A stretch of 64,000 nt of DNA from Microthyrium microscopicum. Taxonomy: Eukaryota. Below are positions 26,701-40,270 of the stretch, one piece after another. The notes under the pieces are model-generated. The model ran no database searches and was not told the DNA's origin. It saw only the letters and a program-made list of their open reading frames with translations. Numbering within the stretch: the first letter of the stretch is position 1; every line of letters starts with the position of its first letter. Location: the NCBI GenBank assembly GCA_010405405.1, contig MU004236.1, positions 1,990,070 through 2,054,069 on the forward strand, given 5' to 3'. A program made the position numbers and the translations under genes.

Positions 26701-29700
26701 ATTACTAAAGACTAATAGATTGTCTATATAGCCTATAATAAAGTCATTAAGGTAATTAATTAGAATATAATTAAGATAAGCTTAAAAAGTCTTTAAGGCT
26801 CTAATAAGGCTAAAGGATATAACTTTAAATTTATATAACTTATAGTAAGTTAGAAATATAGTTTTATATTTATTACTAAGTTTAATATAAATATATATAA
26901 AGGTAATAATAACGTTAAACTTAGAGAAGTATTTTATATAATAGATATAGGTTAAAGTTTTTAGTAGCTATAGAGAAATATTATAATTCTTTTATATAAT
27001 CTTATTAAGTCTATAGTAATTAATATAAACTTAAATTCCTCTTTCTAATTTATATATATATAATATTAGTATAACGTAATATAATTTACTAGCCTAAACT
27101 TAATCTTAACTAAGTATCTAATTAACGTATTATTTAACTATAAGGAATTCTTAATAACTTAAGCTATTATAGTAACGTTTAGGAATTATAGCGTCTAGAA
27201 TAATATTAATAAAGTAATCTTATTTACTATAGTATAGTATAAGTTTATTACCTAATTTTAGGTTAAAGACGTCTATATAATAATAATATTCTTTTAGTAG
27301 GCGTTTAAGAATCTCTTCTTATAAAAAAGGAGATTTATTATATTTCTCTTACTACTTTTTAAAGTCTTTAAGTAAGATTTTGCCTAAATTAATAGTAATA
27401 TCTTCTTTTAGTATAGGATCTAAATCTAGAAGTTTCTTATCTTTTTTATCTTTAAAATTATTAGGCTAGATTTTACTAAATTACTAGCCTTATTCTAATA
27501 GTTTAATAAAGGTAGTAGTGCTAACTATAATAACGTTCTTAAAGTAAGAGTCTATTAGATTAATTAAATAACCTTTATAATTTACTAAAATTAAATAACT
27601 AGCTAGTAAGTAGTATACTAAGTAGTAGTCTAAATTAAAAAGGATTTACTTCTTTCCTTCTTTAAGAGTAACCTTATAGAGGTTAATCTATAAGTTACTA
27701 AGAATAAGGTTATAGCTAGTAATATTTATAATAAAGTAGTAGATTTATTTAATATATCTTCTTAAATAGATATTAACTATAATAGCTTTATTAACCTTTA
27801 TAATAGCCTTATTATTAGCTAATTATATAATTTAGGAGGTAAAGAGATTAATAGTAGGAATTCTATATTATTTAATAAAGTTAGAATAGATAATTCTTAT
27901 TACTTTATTCTTAGTATCTATAAAGATATTAATTTTTAAGTAGTAGCTTTACTTTAGAGAAAATATAATACTATAAGTAGTCTATTAATTACTTACTATA
28001 AGTATAGTAGCTACTTCTTAAGAGTAAAAATTATATACTATAGAGGTAAGGAATATCTTAATAATAGCTAGTTTAATATTATTAAATATAATAGGCTCTA
28101 AGAATAATACTTATTAGAGATTATCTTTTAGGCATTAAATAGTTTTATTAACCTTATATTAGATTTATTCTTTAAAGAGAACTAGCTTAGGGTTAGGTTT
28201 ATTCTTTTTTTATTACTAGTTATACGCTTCTTACTTATTTAGCTCCTTTACGCGTTTCTATAGAAAAGCTTTTAGTTTTCTATATTATTACTATAATTAT
28301 ATTTATTATAATTATTCTCTATAGTTAGAGACTAAGAAGATTAAGTAGTAATTTAATTATAAATAGTAGTAAACTTTATAATAATAGCTATAACCTTTAG
28401 TTATATCTTAGCGTCTAATAAGATATCTCTATCTTTATATAATACTTTATTTTACTAGTAACTATAACTCTTTTTACTATATTTTATATAGTAGTTATTT
28501 ACTTTTAATATATTATAAATTTCTAAAGGATAGTTATATTTAGGCTTTTATCTACTACTTTTAGCTACTAAATAATTATTATTATTATAGCTATATAGAT
28601 TTATAGAAGGGACGTATTTAATATAATAGGCTATAGTATATAAGCTTTCTATAAAGTTAATAAAGGTCTTTAATTTTATAAAGAGTACTCTTTCTATAAA
28701 CTTTAGAAGTAAGAGGGATTATATTTTAATAATCTTATCTTAATTACTTAGCTTAACTTTACGTAAATTTTCTAAAAAGTAAGCTAGGAACTTTTTAAGT
28801 TTCTTAGTAAGCTTTATTATAACTTCTTAACTCTTAAGCTAAGTTTTAGTAATAATATAGCTATTCTTAATACTATATTTATAATCTAAATTAGACTATA
28901 TTTCTATAATAGATAAATATAGGTTAGTTAACTTATAGTTACTCTACTTATTAATAATACTAAATACCTAGTTCTTTATTACTCCCTAGATAACTTAGAT
29001 CTTAAAGGCTTTAATAAAGTAGACTTAAGTATTATTATCTAAGTAGTTTAGTACCTTACTTTTCTAAGTATAATACTTCTATTTATTCTTTTTAAAGAAA
29101 AATAAAGGCTTATTACTTTATACTTTAAGAAGGAAGGTACTACTAACTAAGTAAAGATTAAAAAAAGAAGTAGTTTAATATAAGTCTAGTACCTTTAAAG
29201 GTATATTTAAGTTAGGTTAGTCTATATCTTAAGCTAGAAAGGTCTAATAGAATAGATTATTATTTACTAACTTATTATAATTAAGATAAGAATTAGTTAC
29301 CTTAATAGCTAAGAGTTTCTTTTAAAGGGCGTTAACCTAAGCTTAAAGAATAGTAGCTTTATTTACTTTCTCTTATAGAGCCTTATAATATTTACTAATC
29401 TTATTAACGTAAGTAGTAAGTACTTCCTTAAGTAAATTATTATTATATTATAGCTTCTATACTTTTTAGTAAGTAATTACTATTTTCTTAAAAGTAATAG
29501 TATTATCTTAAATCTATATTTTAAAGTAAGTAATCTACTTTATACGTTTATTATTAGTTTTAGCTAAGTCCTATATTTCTTTCTAAGCTTCTAAGGCTTC
29601 TTCCTAAAGAGTATAGATTAAGTCTATATTATAAGTATTTATATTCTACTTAATTTTAAAAAAGTAGATTATAGTTTAAGAAACTAATAATAAGACGTAG

Positions 29701-30686
29701 AGCTATATAACTAAGTTATCTAGTATAATCTTTCTTATTAATAAATATTCTAAGTCTATACCTAATTTAATTAGGTAGTAAGAGTAATAGTAAAGGTTTA
29801 ATTACTTTTCTTTATAATAGAGGTATACTTCTACATCTTTTAGCTTATTACCTTTTTTATTAAGTATCTTTTATACTTAAGTAGCTTAAAAGATTAGAGA
29901 GTTTTTATTAATAGTTAAAGTAACTAGTTAATTAAGGTTTACTACTATAAAGTAGTAAGATATTAATATAGATAGTACTCTAAGGCCTTTAATTTACTAG
30001 CGTAGTTTTATTAGCTATTTATATATTCTAAGAAATAGTTTAGTATTATTATTAGGTTAAAAAGAAGCTAGTAACTAGTTATCTCCTATATTTATTTAGT
30101 TTAGTAAAGTTATTTAACTAGTATTTTAAGGGACGTCTTCTAACGCTTTAGTCTTTTTATCTTTATAGCTTTATTCTAATAAATAATTATCTTCTAACTT
30201 ATTTTTATCTTTTAATAACGCTCTTAAGTCTAGTTCTAGTAGTTTTAATAGTCCTAAGACGCTCTCTACTAAATCTACTACTTTCTAAGTAGTATTTAAT
30301 TATATTATATTCTAAGTATTAAGTCTACTTTAATACTTAGTATATATAGTAAAGAGGTAATATAATAAAGATAAATAACGTAAGTATATAAAAGATAGAG
30401 ATAGGTACTAATTATTAAGCTAAGTATAAGTAATTAAGGATAGTAAGTAAGCTATATAGCTATTAACTTAGGTTTATTAGTTAGAAGCTTTATTAACTAT
30501 AATTATAAATAATAAAAAAGGATACTAGAAGGGAATGCTTATTTATTTAGCGCGTTTTAATAGTAAGTATATTAAGTATAATTATAAATATTTAGTAGTA
30601 ATATAGAAGATAAACTTTAGTATTCTATAGAACTAAGAATAAGAGGTAATTAATGCTTAGATTATTAATAAGTTAAAGAGTATTAG

Positions 30687-30954
30687 TATTAGAAATGAGT
30701 CGTTCTAAGTAAGTAAAGACTATAATTATTATAGTTCTAGTAAATATATAAAAATAGAGACAAGAGTAATTACTAAGGAGTTACTTAAACCTTTATAATT
30801 CTTCTTCTTTATTACTTAGAGCTATAAGGACTCTACTAAGCTATCTATATTTATAATAAGTTATTATTAGTTAACCTAATTAATAATACTTTATTCTACG
30901 TAGATGTATCCTATTAGTAGTTATCTTAAACTAGAGGTGTCTTAGTTCTTAATA
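30687..30954 (-). repeat. 3' LTR of Gypsy B (268 bp)
   Basis: Colinear with 39198..39465 and differs from it mainly by transitions. TAT...ATA ends are RIP'd TGT...ACA. Confidence 0.92.
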
Positions 30955-33900
30955 TTATCCTCTTTCTTAAGACTATTTATTCTAAAGAGTATATTTAAAA
31001 GTTCTAATAAATATTTCTTATACTTATATATAGTTTTTAACTATACCTTATTATACTAAAACTTAAAAAAGAATAAGGCTTAACTAAATATATAAGATTA
31101 AGCTACCTATACTTTAAAGAGTTTTTTATAACTTAGTAATATTCTTATTCTTTAGCTTTAGTATATTACTTATTTAAGATAGATAGTTCTTTATTTTTTA
31201 CCTACTCTAGATAGATAGCTTTCTATTTTTTACTAGTCTTAGGCTATAATTAACTATATTAACTTAAACTTAAAGGAGTTTAATTATTAAGGTTTAGTAT
31301 ATTAATAGAATATCTAATAAGTAGTTACTAACTTTATTAGAGTCTTAATTAGTTAATACTAGCTTTATAAGAGCTAAATTAACCTATTTATAAACGTAGC
31401 GTAGTACTATAGTTTATATTTAATTAGATCTTATTAAAATACTACTAAATAGTTATTCTATATATAGTATAGGTTATTTAGCTATTAAAATATATATAGC
31501 TTAACTTAATTAGTTATACTATATTAGATATACTAGATTTATATTAGTTTAGTATACTTAGCTTTATAGTAGGTTAAGTAGCTATAATTTATATATAAAA
31601 CTACTTTATAAGCCTTATTTAGCTCTAGATTAGAGATATATTTTAACTCTATTTTATATTAAAAAAGGTTCTTAAAAAGGTACTCCTTATATATATATTT
31701 TAATACTTCTTATGTCTAATTAAAAATCCTTTTATATTATTTATAGTAAGGCATTTAAATTCTTACTTAAAAGTTTAAAGACTCTAAGGCTTAGATTATA
31801 CCTTTCTATTTAGAAAGTTATAACCTCTCTAAGTACTTACTATACTATATATAACTTTTTTTTATTATAAGAAGCTTATATAAGTCTTTACTAAGTGCTA
31901 TTATATTAATACTTAGCTATTTTAGAAAGGTAGAGAGATTTAAGTATAAAATAACTTTTCTTACTCTAAATCCTCTATTTCTTATTCTTTATACTCTAAA
32001 TCTTAAGGTAAGTAGAAATTTTATAGTTTTATAAATATATATAAAGATTATTATTATTAATCTATTTTATATTATAAGCCCCTCTCTAATAACTATAACT
32101 TTTCTTTTCTTAGTTATTAGGTTACTTAGTACCTTCTTAAGTTCCTTTAACCTATTTTAGTATACTTTATATCTTTCTAACTTTTAATAATATATCTTAA
32201 CTAATCTATATACTTTTAAACTTATCTTTATTTAAAGTAGGTATTAATATAAATAAGTTACTTAAAGATTCTATTAAAGGCTCTTAAGTTTTTATTAAAA
32301 GCAACTTTAACTTTAGTAAGACTATAGTAATTATTCCTACTAGTAATAATATTAATACGTCTTATAATAACTAAATCTTAACTACTAATATTATAAACCT
32401 TACTAAAGTAGTCTCTAAGAATAAAATAAAGTAGGAATATACTAATAAGAGTATTATAGCTTTACTTAGTTTATTATAGTACTACTTAATCTTAAATCTT
32501 TATTAGCGTTATATAGAGGTCTATATAGTATATTTTTCTCCTTTTTTAACTACTAAACTCTACCTTATTCCTAACTTAGACTATTATTATACTTAGTAAG
32601 TTAGTTTAGATAAGTACTTTATTAAATACTTTAATATAAAGTTAACTAAGAATTATCTAGAGATAATATTTTATTCTAGCTTATTTTATATTATATTATA
32701 CTAATATAGATAGGTTATTTCTTATTAGGACCTTTATAATAAGGCTAAGCTTATCTTAGTTTACGTTACTATTAATAAGATTATTTATATTCTTAAGAAT
32801 AGTTCTTAGAATAAATTATCTTATAAGAATAAGTATATACTTTATAATAATATTTAGTATACTTATAAGTACGTAGTAACTCTTTATAAGTTATAAGTAC
32901 TTATTTTAATTAATTCTAGTTTAGTTTTATATATTTAAATACTAATTAGTTTATAGTTATATATCTAAGTAGCTAGTAGTTAACTTTTTTTTATTATACT
33001 TTAGTATTACTAAAAATAGCTTCTATATAACCTATGTACTTATTAATTACTATATAGGTACTAAAGCTACTTAAAAGATAATAAATAATAGTCCTTTAGA
33101 GTTAGAGAAGTATATTATAGCTTATCTAGCTTTCTTAGGTACTAATATCTAATTCTATTTTCCTAAGCGCTTTAAGTATTATAATATATTATATTCCTAG
33201 CATATAGACTTCTATTATATTATTAGTCCTTAAAAACCTAATATATCTTAAATAAGTCTTTTTATATTTATACTAAATTACTTTATATCTAACTATCTTA
33301 TAGTAACTTACTAATACTAAGAATAATCTAGCTAGTATCTTTTTAAACTCTTAAGTACTTCTTAAGTGCTATAAGGCTTATCTTAGCGCTTCTAAGTATT
33401 AAAAAGTTAAAAGCTATATTAAAAAAGCTACTAAGGCTTTCTATAAAGATAGTTATACTAATAAGGATTATTCTAAGGTTAAGGCTATAGCTCTTACTAC
33501 GAAAAAGCGTAAGATAAGCTAAGTAGCTTCTTCTTAAGTTAAAATAAAGTTAGATAAATTATCTTAGGTCTTTTAGAATTTAGTATTATTTATACTTAGC
33601 CTTAATTAGCTAAGTAGGGCTATTTCTTATTATATTAAGTTATTTTATATCTTTTAAGGATAAGTTAGTTAGTAAATACTCTTCTAGAACTTCCTAAAGA
33701 TAGGTTTATTAGTAGATACTTTTATAAAACTATTATATAGCTAATTTAACTCTTAGTTAGAAATTACTTATTCTTTTATATATTTTCTAATATATATTTT
33801 AACCCTATTTTATATTAAAAAAAGTTCTTAAAGGAGTACTCTTTCTATACGTATAGTAACTTATTTTATATATTATTTTAAGTTATTTTATATATTTATA

Positions 33901-36900
33901 ACTTAGTAGTTTTTTCTATATACTTATTATTTAATACTATTTTTAAGTTACTTTAAATTAATTTATTATAATATATATATAAGAAAGTTAATTTAGGTTC
34001 TAATTAGTAAAAAAATTATAAAGTAACTATTCTTTTTCTTTAAAAGCTTATCTTAAGTCTTTTAAGTCTTTTTTAGCCTTTTTAGCTATTTTTTTAGTCT
34101 TATAGAGTTAAAATCTATTAATCTATTTATAATATTATCTAGATATATTATTTTATATTTAACTACTCTTTTAATTATACTTATTATTAGTATAATATTC
34201 TTTTTAGCTAACTTTATATAATAGTACTTTAAAGTAGTTAAAAAAAGGTTAGCTATAAGCTCTTAGGTTAATTCTAACTCTAAGTAACCTTTCTATTTTA
34301 TAAAGTAGTAATATTTACTCCTTTTATTTACTATATACTTTATTACTCTCTCTATATTATATATATCTAAGTCTTCTAAGTTTAAAGAATTTTATAGTAA
34401 TATAAACTTTTATAAAAAGTAAAGGTTTAGTTTATATAGCTCTAATAGAGAGATATAGAATATATTATAAACTTATATATTCTTTAGAAAGTTAAGCTAA
34501 TAAGTATTAGCGTTTATAATCTTTATAATCTTAAAAGAGCTTATATACTTAATATTAAGCTTCTTCTTAATATAAGTAGTCTAAATATTCTTTATATTAA
34601 GTAAAACTTAGTTATTAATATTTAAATAAATATCTTTCTTTCCTTTATTATATTAGTTAGCTTAGTATAGCTATACTTTAGCTAATTTATTCTTTATTAT
34701 ACGCTATAAGGATAAAATATAGTTTACTATTTCTTTAGCGTTAGGTATAATATTTTTTAATAGTATTTTAGCTAATTTAGAAGTATAGGAGTTTCTTCTA
34801 GTATATATAATAAAAGGAATAACCTTAGTTAATAAGTAAATACTATTATTATAGTTAAACTTAGCTAAACTAAGCTATCTTACTTAATTATTCTATTCTT
34901 AATATTTATAAATCTATAAGTAGTGCTTAACCTCTTAGTTTAAGTACTCTATTTAACTATTAATCTATAGGTAGAATACTATTAAAAGCTTTCTAAGGAT
35001 AGAAAAGTAATAAAAGAATATTTTCTAGTACTTAAAAATAAAGAGAAGTTCTTAATTAAATATAATAATATAAAGTACGCTATATAGGTATATAATCTTT
35101 TATAAGAAAATCTTAGTAAAGTCTTTTATATCTATATTTTTTCTTATTAAGATATAGTAAGCTATTTTAGTTAGTTTATTAATAACTACTATAATAAAGT
35201 TATAAGTTTAATTATTATAGATACTTAGAGGTAAATTTATAATAAAATCTATAGTAATATTCTCTTATAGCGCTTTTAGGACTAATAAGGCTATTAGTAA
35301 TCTTTTCTAAGCTTATCTAATAGATTTATTATATTAGTAGTTAAGGCAAGCTTTATAATAGTTCTTAACGTCCTTTTAGACGTAGTCTTAAGTATAATAG
35401 CGCTTAATCTTCTTAAGTATCTTTTTTAATTCTTTATAACTACCTTCTATAGTATTATTATAGAACCTTTATAGAATTTTCTTTTTTTATAACTTTTTTT
35501 TAATAAAAATAAGATTTCTACTTATCTATTTAGCTTTATTTAAGTTATTTTTAGCTAGAGGGGGTTTATTAATAGCTAAAATCTTACTAGAGCTTATTTT
35601 TAGATACTTTTAGGTCTTAGTAGGCTTATCTTAACCTTTCTTAAGTTAGTTTATAGTAAGATACTATATATTAATACTAACATACGTAATAATAAAGTCT
35701 ATAAGTTTAATAGTATTAGTTTTAGCTATAAAAGCATTATTAAGCTATAACTTATTATAAAATAAGTTAAGTAATACTTCTATAGTCTTTTTCTATTCTT
35801 TTTAGCCTTTTTTAATATAGTCTAGACGTCTAGAGGATTTATTAACTAGATTTATCTTACTTAGGTAGTACTTAATATTAAAATTATATTCTAAAAGTAA
35901 ATTTACCTACTTTATATATATTAATAATATTTTTAGTATTATTTTAAGTAATTTAAAGTTTATATAGTTTATTAAGACCTAAAATTAGTCTAGTAAGCCT
36001 TATAAGTATTTTCTAAATACTTTTAAGGAATCTATAATTACTAAGAATTCTTATTATAAAGTCTTATAGTAGCTTTCTAGTAGAGATAATTTCTAAGAAT
36101 AAAATATAATAAGTTTTTATAGGCTATCTTAGTTTTTATTGCACTATTTCTAACTTAATATTTTATAAATTACTCTTTTAAAGATATTAGTTTCTAACTA
36201 TATAGGAAGTATAGGATTAAAATAGGCTAAAATTAGCATATTTATAAAAGAATTTTTTAGTTTATTAAAAGAATCTAAGGCGTCTAATAGTAATTTAATA
36301 TCTATAGACTCCTCTTATTATAGCTTTAGGCCTTTTAGAGCCTAACTTAGTTCTTTTTAGGTTAAGGCGTTTAGTAGTATAGTAATATAGGAGAATCTAA
36401 TAATAAACTAATAATAGTAGTTTATAAAGCTAATAAATTCCTTTACTTAATATACGTTATATAGTTTTAGCTAATCTAGGCATATATTAACTTATAATTA
36501 ATTTATAGTAATACTATCTAGAGTTATAATATAACCTAAATACTCTATATTACTAGTATAAAACTTATACTTAAATAGTTTTATATATAAATAGTACTCT
36601 ATAAGTTATTATAGAACTTCTTAGACGTTTTTAATATATTACTTCTTAATTTTAGAGTAAATAAGAATATTATTAAAGTAAATAATATATATTATATTTA
36701 CTAAGCCTTTTAATACTTAGTTAATATATACTTAGAAGGCTATAAAAGTATTTATAAGTTTAAATAAGACTACTATATACTTAAATATCTTATATTTAGT
36801 CCTAAACGTAGTTTTTTACTTATTACTATCTTTAATACGTAAATAGTAGTAAGCTTTATATAAGTTAAAGCTAATAAAGAACTTAACGCCTTAAAGTTTA

Positions 36901-39197
36901 TCTAAAAACTTTTTAATAAAAGGTAATATATATTAATCCTTAATAGTAATATTATTTAGGCTTTAGTAGTCTATATAAAGTTATAATATTCTATCTTTTT
37001 TTTTTATAAAGAGAATAGAGGCTTTAGTAAGAAATCTTAACTTTTAAATCTAACTTTTTATAAGGTAAGTATCTAAGTATTTATATAGAATAATTAACTT
37101 AGCTTTTAAGAGACTATAAATAGGTCTATATAGTACTATAGTGCCTAGCTTTAGATTAATCTTAAGGTTTTATAAACTATATTAGGCTAGTTTAAGTATA
37201 TCTTGCTTACTAAAGGCTTTAATAAATTATAAATACTTACTTAAGAGCTTTTTTATAAATAAATTTAGGTCTAGTAACTTAATTAGATAATTAAATAGTT
37301 AGAATAAACTATCTTAAGCTAACTTAGAAAACTTATTAGTATTTACTATCTCTATTTTGCTATAAAAGCTACTAAAAAGTTACTTCTATATAAGAGTCTT
37401 ATTCTTAAAGTCTAGAAAAGAATTCTATTTCTCTAACTAGAGTATTCTTATAATAATAGAGTAATATAGAGAGTTTATAATATAAAATAACCTTATTCTA
37501 GTCTTAGAGAGGCTATTTAAGTTAACTACTATTATTATAGCTTTTATAACTTTATAAATTTATATAGAAATATTATCTAGATATATTATAAGTATTTTAG
37601 AAAGAAGAGTAATATAGAGCTAAAGTTTTTTAGCTAGCTTAACGTCTATAATATTAAAGTATAATTTATAATTAACTATAATATTTAGAGATAAGGCCTC
37701 TTAGCTCTTATTATTTCTTAGACTCCTTTATAAGTATATTTACTTTAACTTTAGTCTTATAAAGTCTACTTTACTAGGTAAGTTATTATTCTTAACCTTT
37801 AATGTCTTTAGGACGTATATAATAATAGTTTTATAAAGCTATTTAGTACTAGGCTAGGCTATTTTATTAATAAGAGAAGCTACTAAGTTCTAGTTTATAA
37901 CTTTATAGCTTTATTTTTTCTTTATAGCTTAAAATATTCTATTTTAAAGTAGAGTTTACTATATTTAAAGTATTTAATCTTTTTTAGGTTAGACTTTAGT
38001 AGAATATCTATATTCTAAGTTATTTTAAATATAGCCTATTTTACTTTACTATTCTTTAAAGAATAGAAGGACTTTCTAAGTATTCTTAGCTCTTTTAAGC
38101 TCTTCTTATACTTATACTTATTTTTTAAGAAATATAAGTATTATTTTAAGAAAAGTTATCTTAAGTTTATTTTTTTAGAAGTAGAATAAGCCTTAGCCTC
38201 TATAGAACTAAGAGTCTAGTATAAATTAGCCTTTTTAAGGGCTTTTTTAACTATAGTAATAGTAAACTTCTTATTAAAAAGAATCTTCTTCTATATATTC
38301 TTAAGAAGGCTTCTATAGAACTAAAAGAGGTAACTCTTCTAGTTATTATATCTCTATTTCTTCTATAACTTAAGGAGATTATTATAGAGCTTCTAAGAGT
38401 AGTATTAACCTAATTTAATTATTTAAGACTTCTTAAAAGTAATATATTCTTACTTTATAAGGTAGCCTAAATAGCTTAGTGTATAGTCTTAGACTATTTA
38501 CTATATTTTTTAAAATTTTAGGTTTTAAGACTCTTTATAGAAAATAAAATTATCTAATCTTATTTATAATAGCTCTTTTTTAAGCTAATTATATTTATAA
38601 ATATACTAATAAAGTTACTAGTTATAAGTATTCTTCTAATAAAAAGGTTTAATAAACTTTTATTTAATATTATTAATTTAGAATATATATTCCTAAAGAC
38701 TTTTTTCTTTATAAGACTCTATTTTAAGTCTATCTTAATTTAAAGGTCTTAAGAAGGTAAGAGCTTAGCTTAAAAGATACTAATTAAGTCTTATTATATT
38801 AACTTAGCTAAAGTTCTTTAATTCTTAGGTAGTTTTAAGCTTACTAGACTAAATTACCTTAGCTTTTACTATTAGCTCTTATACCTTAAGCTTTAGCTTC
38901 TTTTTATTAATAAGTATATTAAGTTTCTCTTTATAGTATATTATAAAGTTATTTTAGGTCTTTCTAGGCCTAAGTAAGTTAGAGTTAGCTATTTTAATAT
39001 TAGATAGGTTTAATAAACTTCTAAATATATTAGTTTAGAGTAGAATAGGTATTAGTAACCCTTAGCCTAATAGTTAAAGCTATTTAAGTTCTATCTAGGC
39101 GCTAAGGTCTAAATATTTACTATTAGATATAGTTTCTAATTAGATAAGAGATAAAAATAATTTCTTTAAGTATTTAAGGATTAAGAAGTAATTACTA

Positions 39198-39465
39198 TAT
39201 TAGAAATAAGTTATTCTAAGTAGGTAAAGACTATAATTATTATAATTCTAGTAGATATATAAAAATAGGAATAAGAGTAATTACTAGGAAGTTACTTAGA
39301 CTCTTATAATCTCTCTTCTTTATTACTTAGAGCTATAAGGACTCTACTAAGCTATCTATGTTTATAATAGGTCATTATTAGTTAACCTAACTAATAACGC
39401 TTTATCCTACGTAGATATGTCCTATTAGTAGTTATCTTAAACTAGAGGTGTCCTAGTTTCTAATA
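39198..39465 (-). repeat. 5' LTR of Gypsy B (268 bp)
   Basis: Direct repeat of 30687..30954, followed by the TSD ATTAG. Confidence 0.92.
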
Positions 39466-39655
39466 ATTAGAGAATTCTAATACTCTAATTAAATAAGGAG
39501 TTAGTAAAGCTAATAGATTTAGTAAATCTATAAAGAATCTTTAATAGGGTCTAAGACTATACGTATAGAATATTAATCTATATAGGCGCTTCTTTAGAAG
39601 TAAATTCTAGGGTACGTAATATAAGCGTATAAGTAGTTAAATAGTTCGTAGATTA

Positions 39656-39717
39656 TATAATAAGCTATAGAACTTAGAGTAAGTAAATAATTAGATTATA
39701 TTTTAGAATCTATAAAC
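39656..39717 (-). repeat. Truncated 5' LTR of Gypsy A (62 bp)
   Basis: tataataagctatagaacttagagtaagtaaataattagattatattttagaatctataaac matches 23445..23506 apart from transitions. Similarity stops at ~39717. Confidence 0.8.
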
Positions 39718-39773
39718 GACATCGTGAAAAAATTATTATACATTGCAAATTGGACTACGTATTATACTAGAAA

Positions 39774-40270
39774 AGTTATATTTAACTTATTATAAAGATA
39801 TCGGATGCGTATAAGATAACTACGTACTTTATTAAAAATATTTTAAAAGTATTTAAAATATTTTAAACTTATTAGGTACATCGTAGTTATTTTAAACTTA
39901 TTATAAAAACATTAGATGCATATAAGATAATATATACTTTATTAGAAATATTATAAAACTATTTAAAATATTTTAAACTTATTAGGTACATTATAGTTAT
40001 TTAAAACTTATTATANNNNNNNNNNTATTAGGTACATTATAGTTATTTAAAACTTGTTATAAAAATATTAGATACGTATAAGATAATATATACTTTATTA
40101 GAAATATTATAAAACTATTTGAAATATTTTAAACTTATTAGGTATATTATAGTTATTTTAAACTTATTATAAAGACATTAAATGCGTATAAGATATTATA
40201 TACTTTATTAGAAATATTATAAAACTATTTAAAATATTTTAAACTTATTAGGTATATCGTAGTTATTTAA
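39774..40270. repeat. 110-bp tandem satellite, at least 4 copies, spanning a 10-N assembly gap (40016..40025)
   Basis: Anchor 'attaggta' at 39871 and 39981, and after the gap at 40027, 40137 and 40247 (period 110). Confidence 0.9.

Larger units (their letters stand above)
30687..39465 (-). mobile_element. Full-length Ty3/Gypsy chromovirus 'B' (8779 bp, RIP-inactivated), nested in the 5' leader of element A
   Basis: Two 268-bp LTRs flanked by an ATTAG target-site duplication (30682-30686 and 39466-39470). RT KTAFRTKYG.FEY.V.PFGL.NAP..F..YFDDILIY (~36650-36820), integrase WENITMDFIVNLP (~35230-35270), chromodomain YDVERV..KWKGY..STWE (~34260-34370). PPT at 30955-30968. Confidence 0.93.
23445..39717 (-). 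mobile_element. Ty3/Gypsy chromovirus 'A' (RIP-inactivated), interrupted by element B; 5' LTR truncated
   Basis: Minus-strand reconstruction gives a gag coiled coil (~29300), a zinc knuckle CxxCGKKGH (~28480), RT (VCVDYRGLNKI, ~27030), integrase C-terminus (LDDKNAGPF..AYKLDFP..MHNVFH, ~24370-24480) and a chromodomain (W.VDAIVDSR..LQYKIKYTGY, ~24100-24270). LTR sequence shared between 23445 and 39656. Confidence 0.88.

Noticed and set aside
28440..28640. Cys-rich pre-SET-like domain
   Set aside because: Position and the CxxCGKKGH pattern fit the gag zinc knuckle of Gypsy A. The extra Cys residues were over-reverted Tyr codons.
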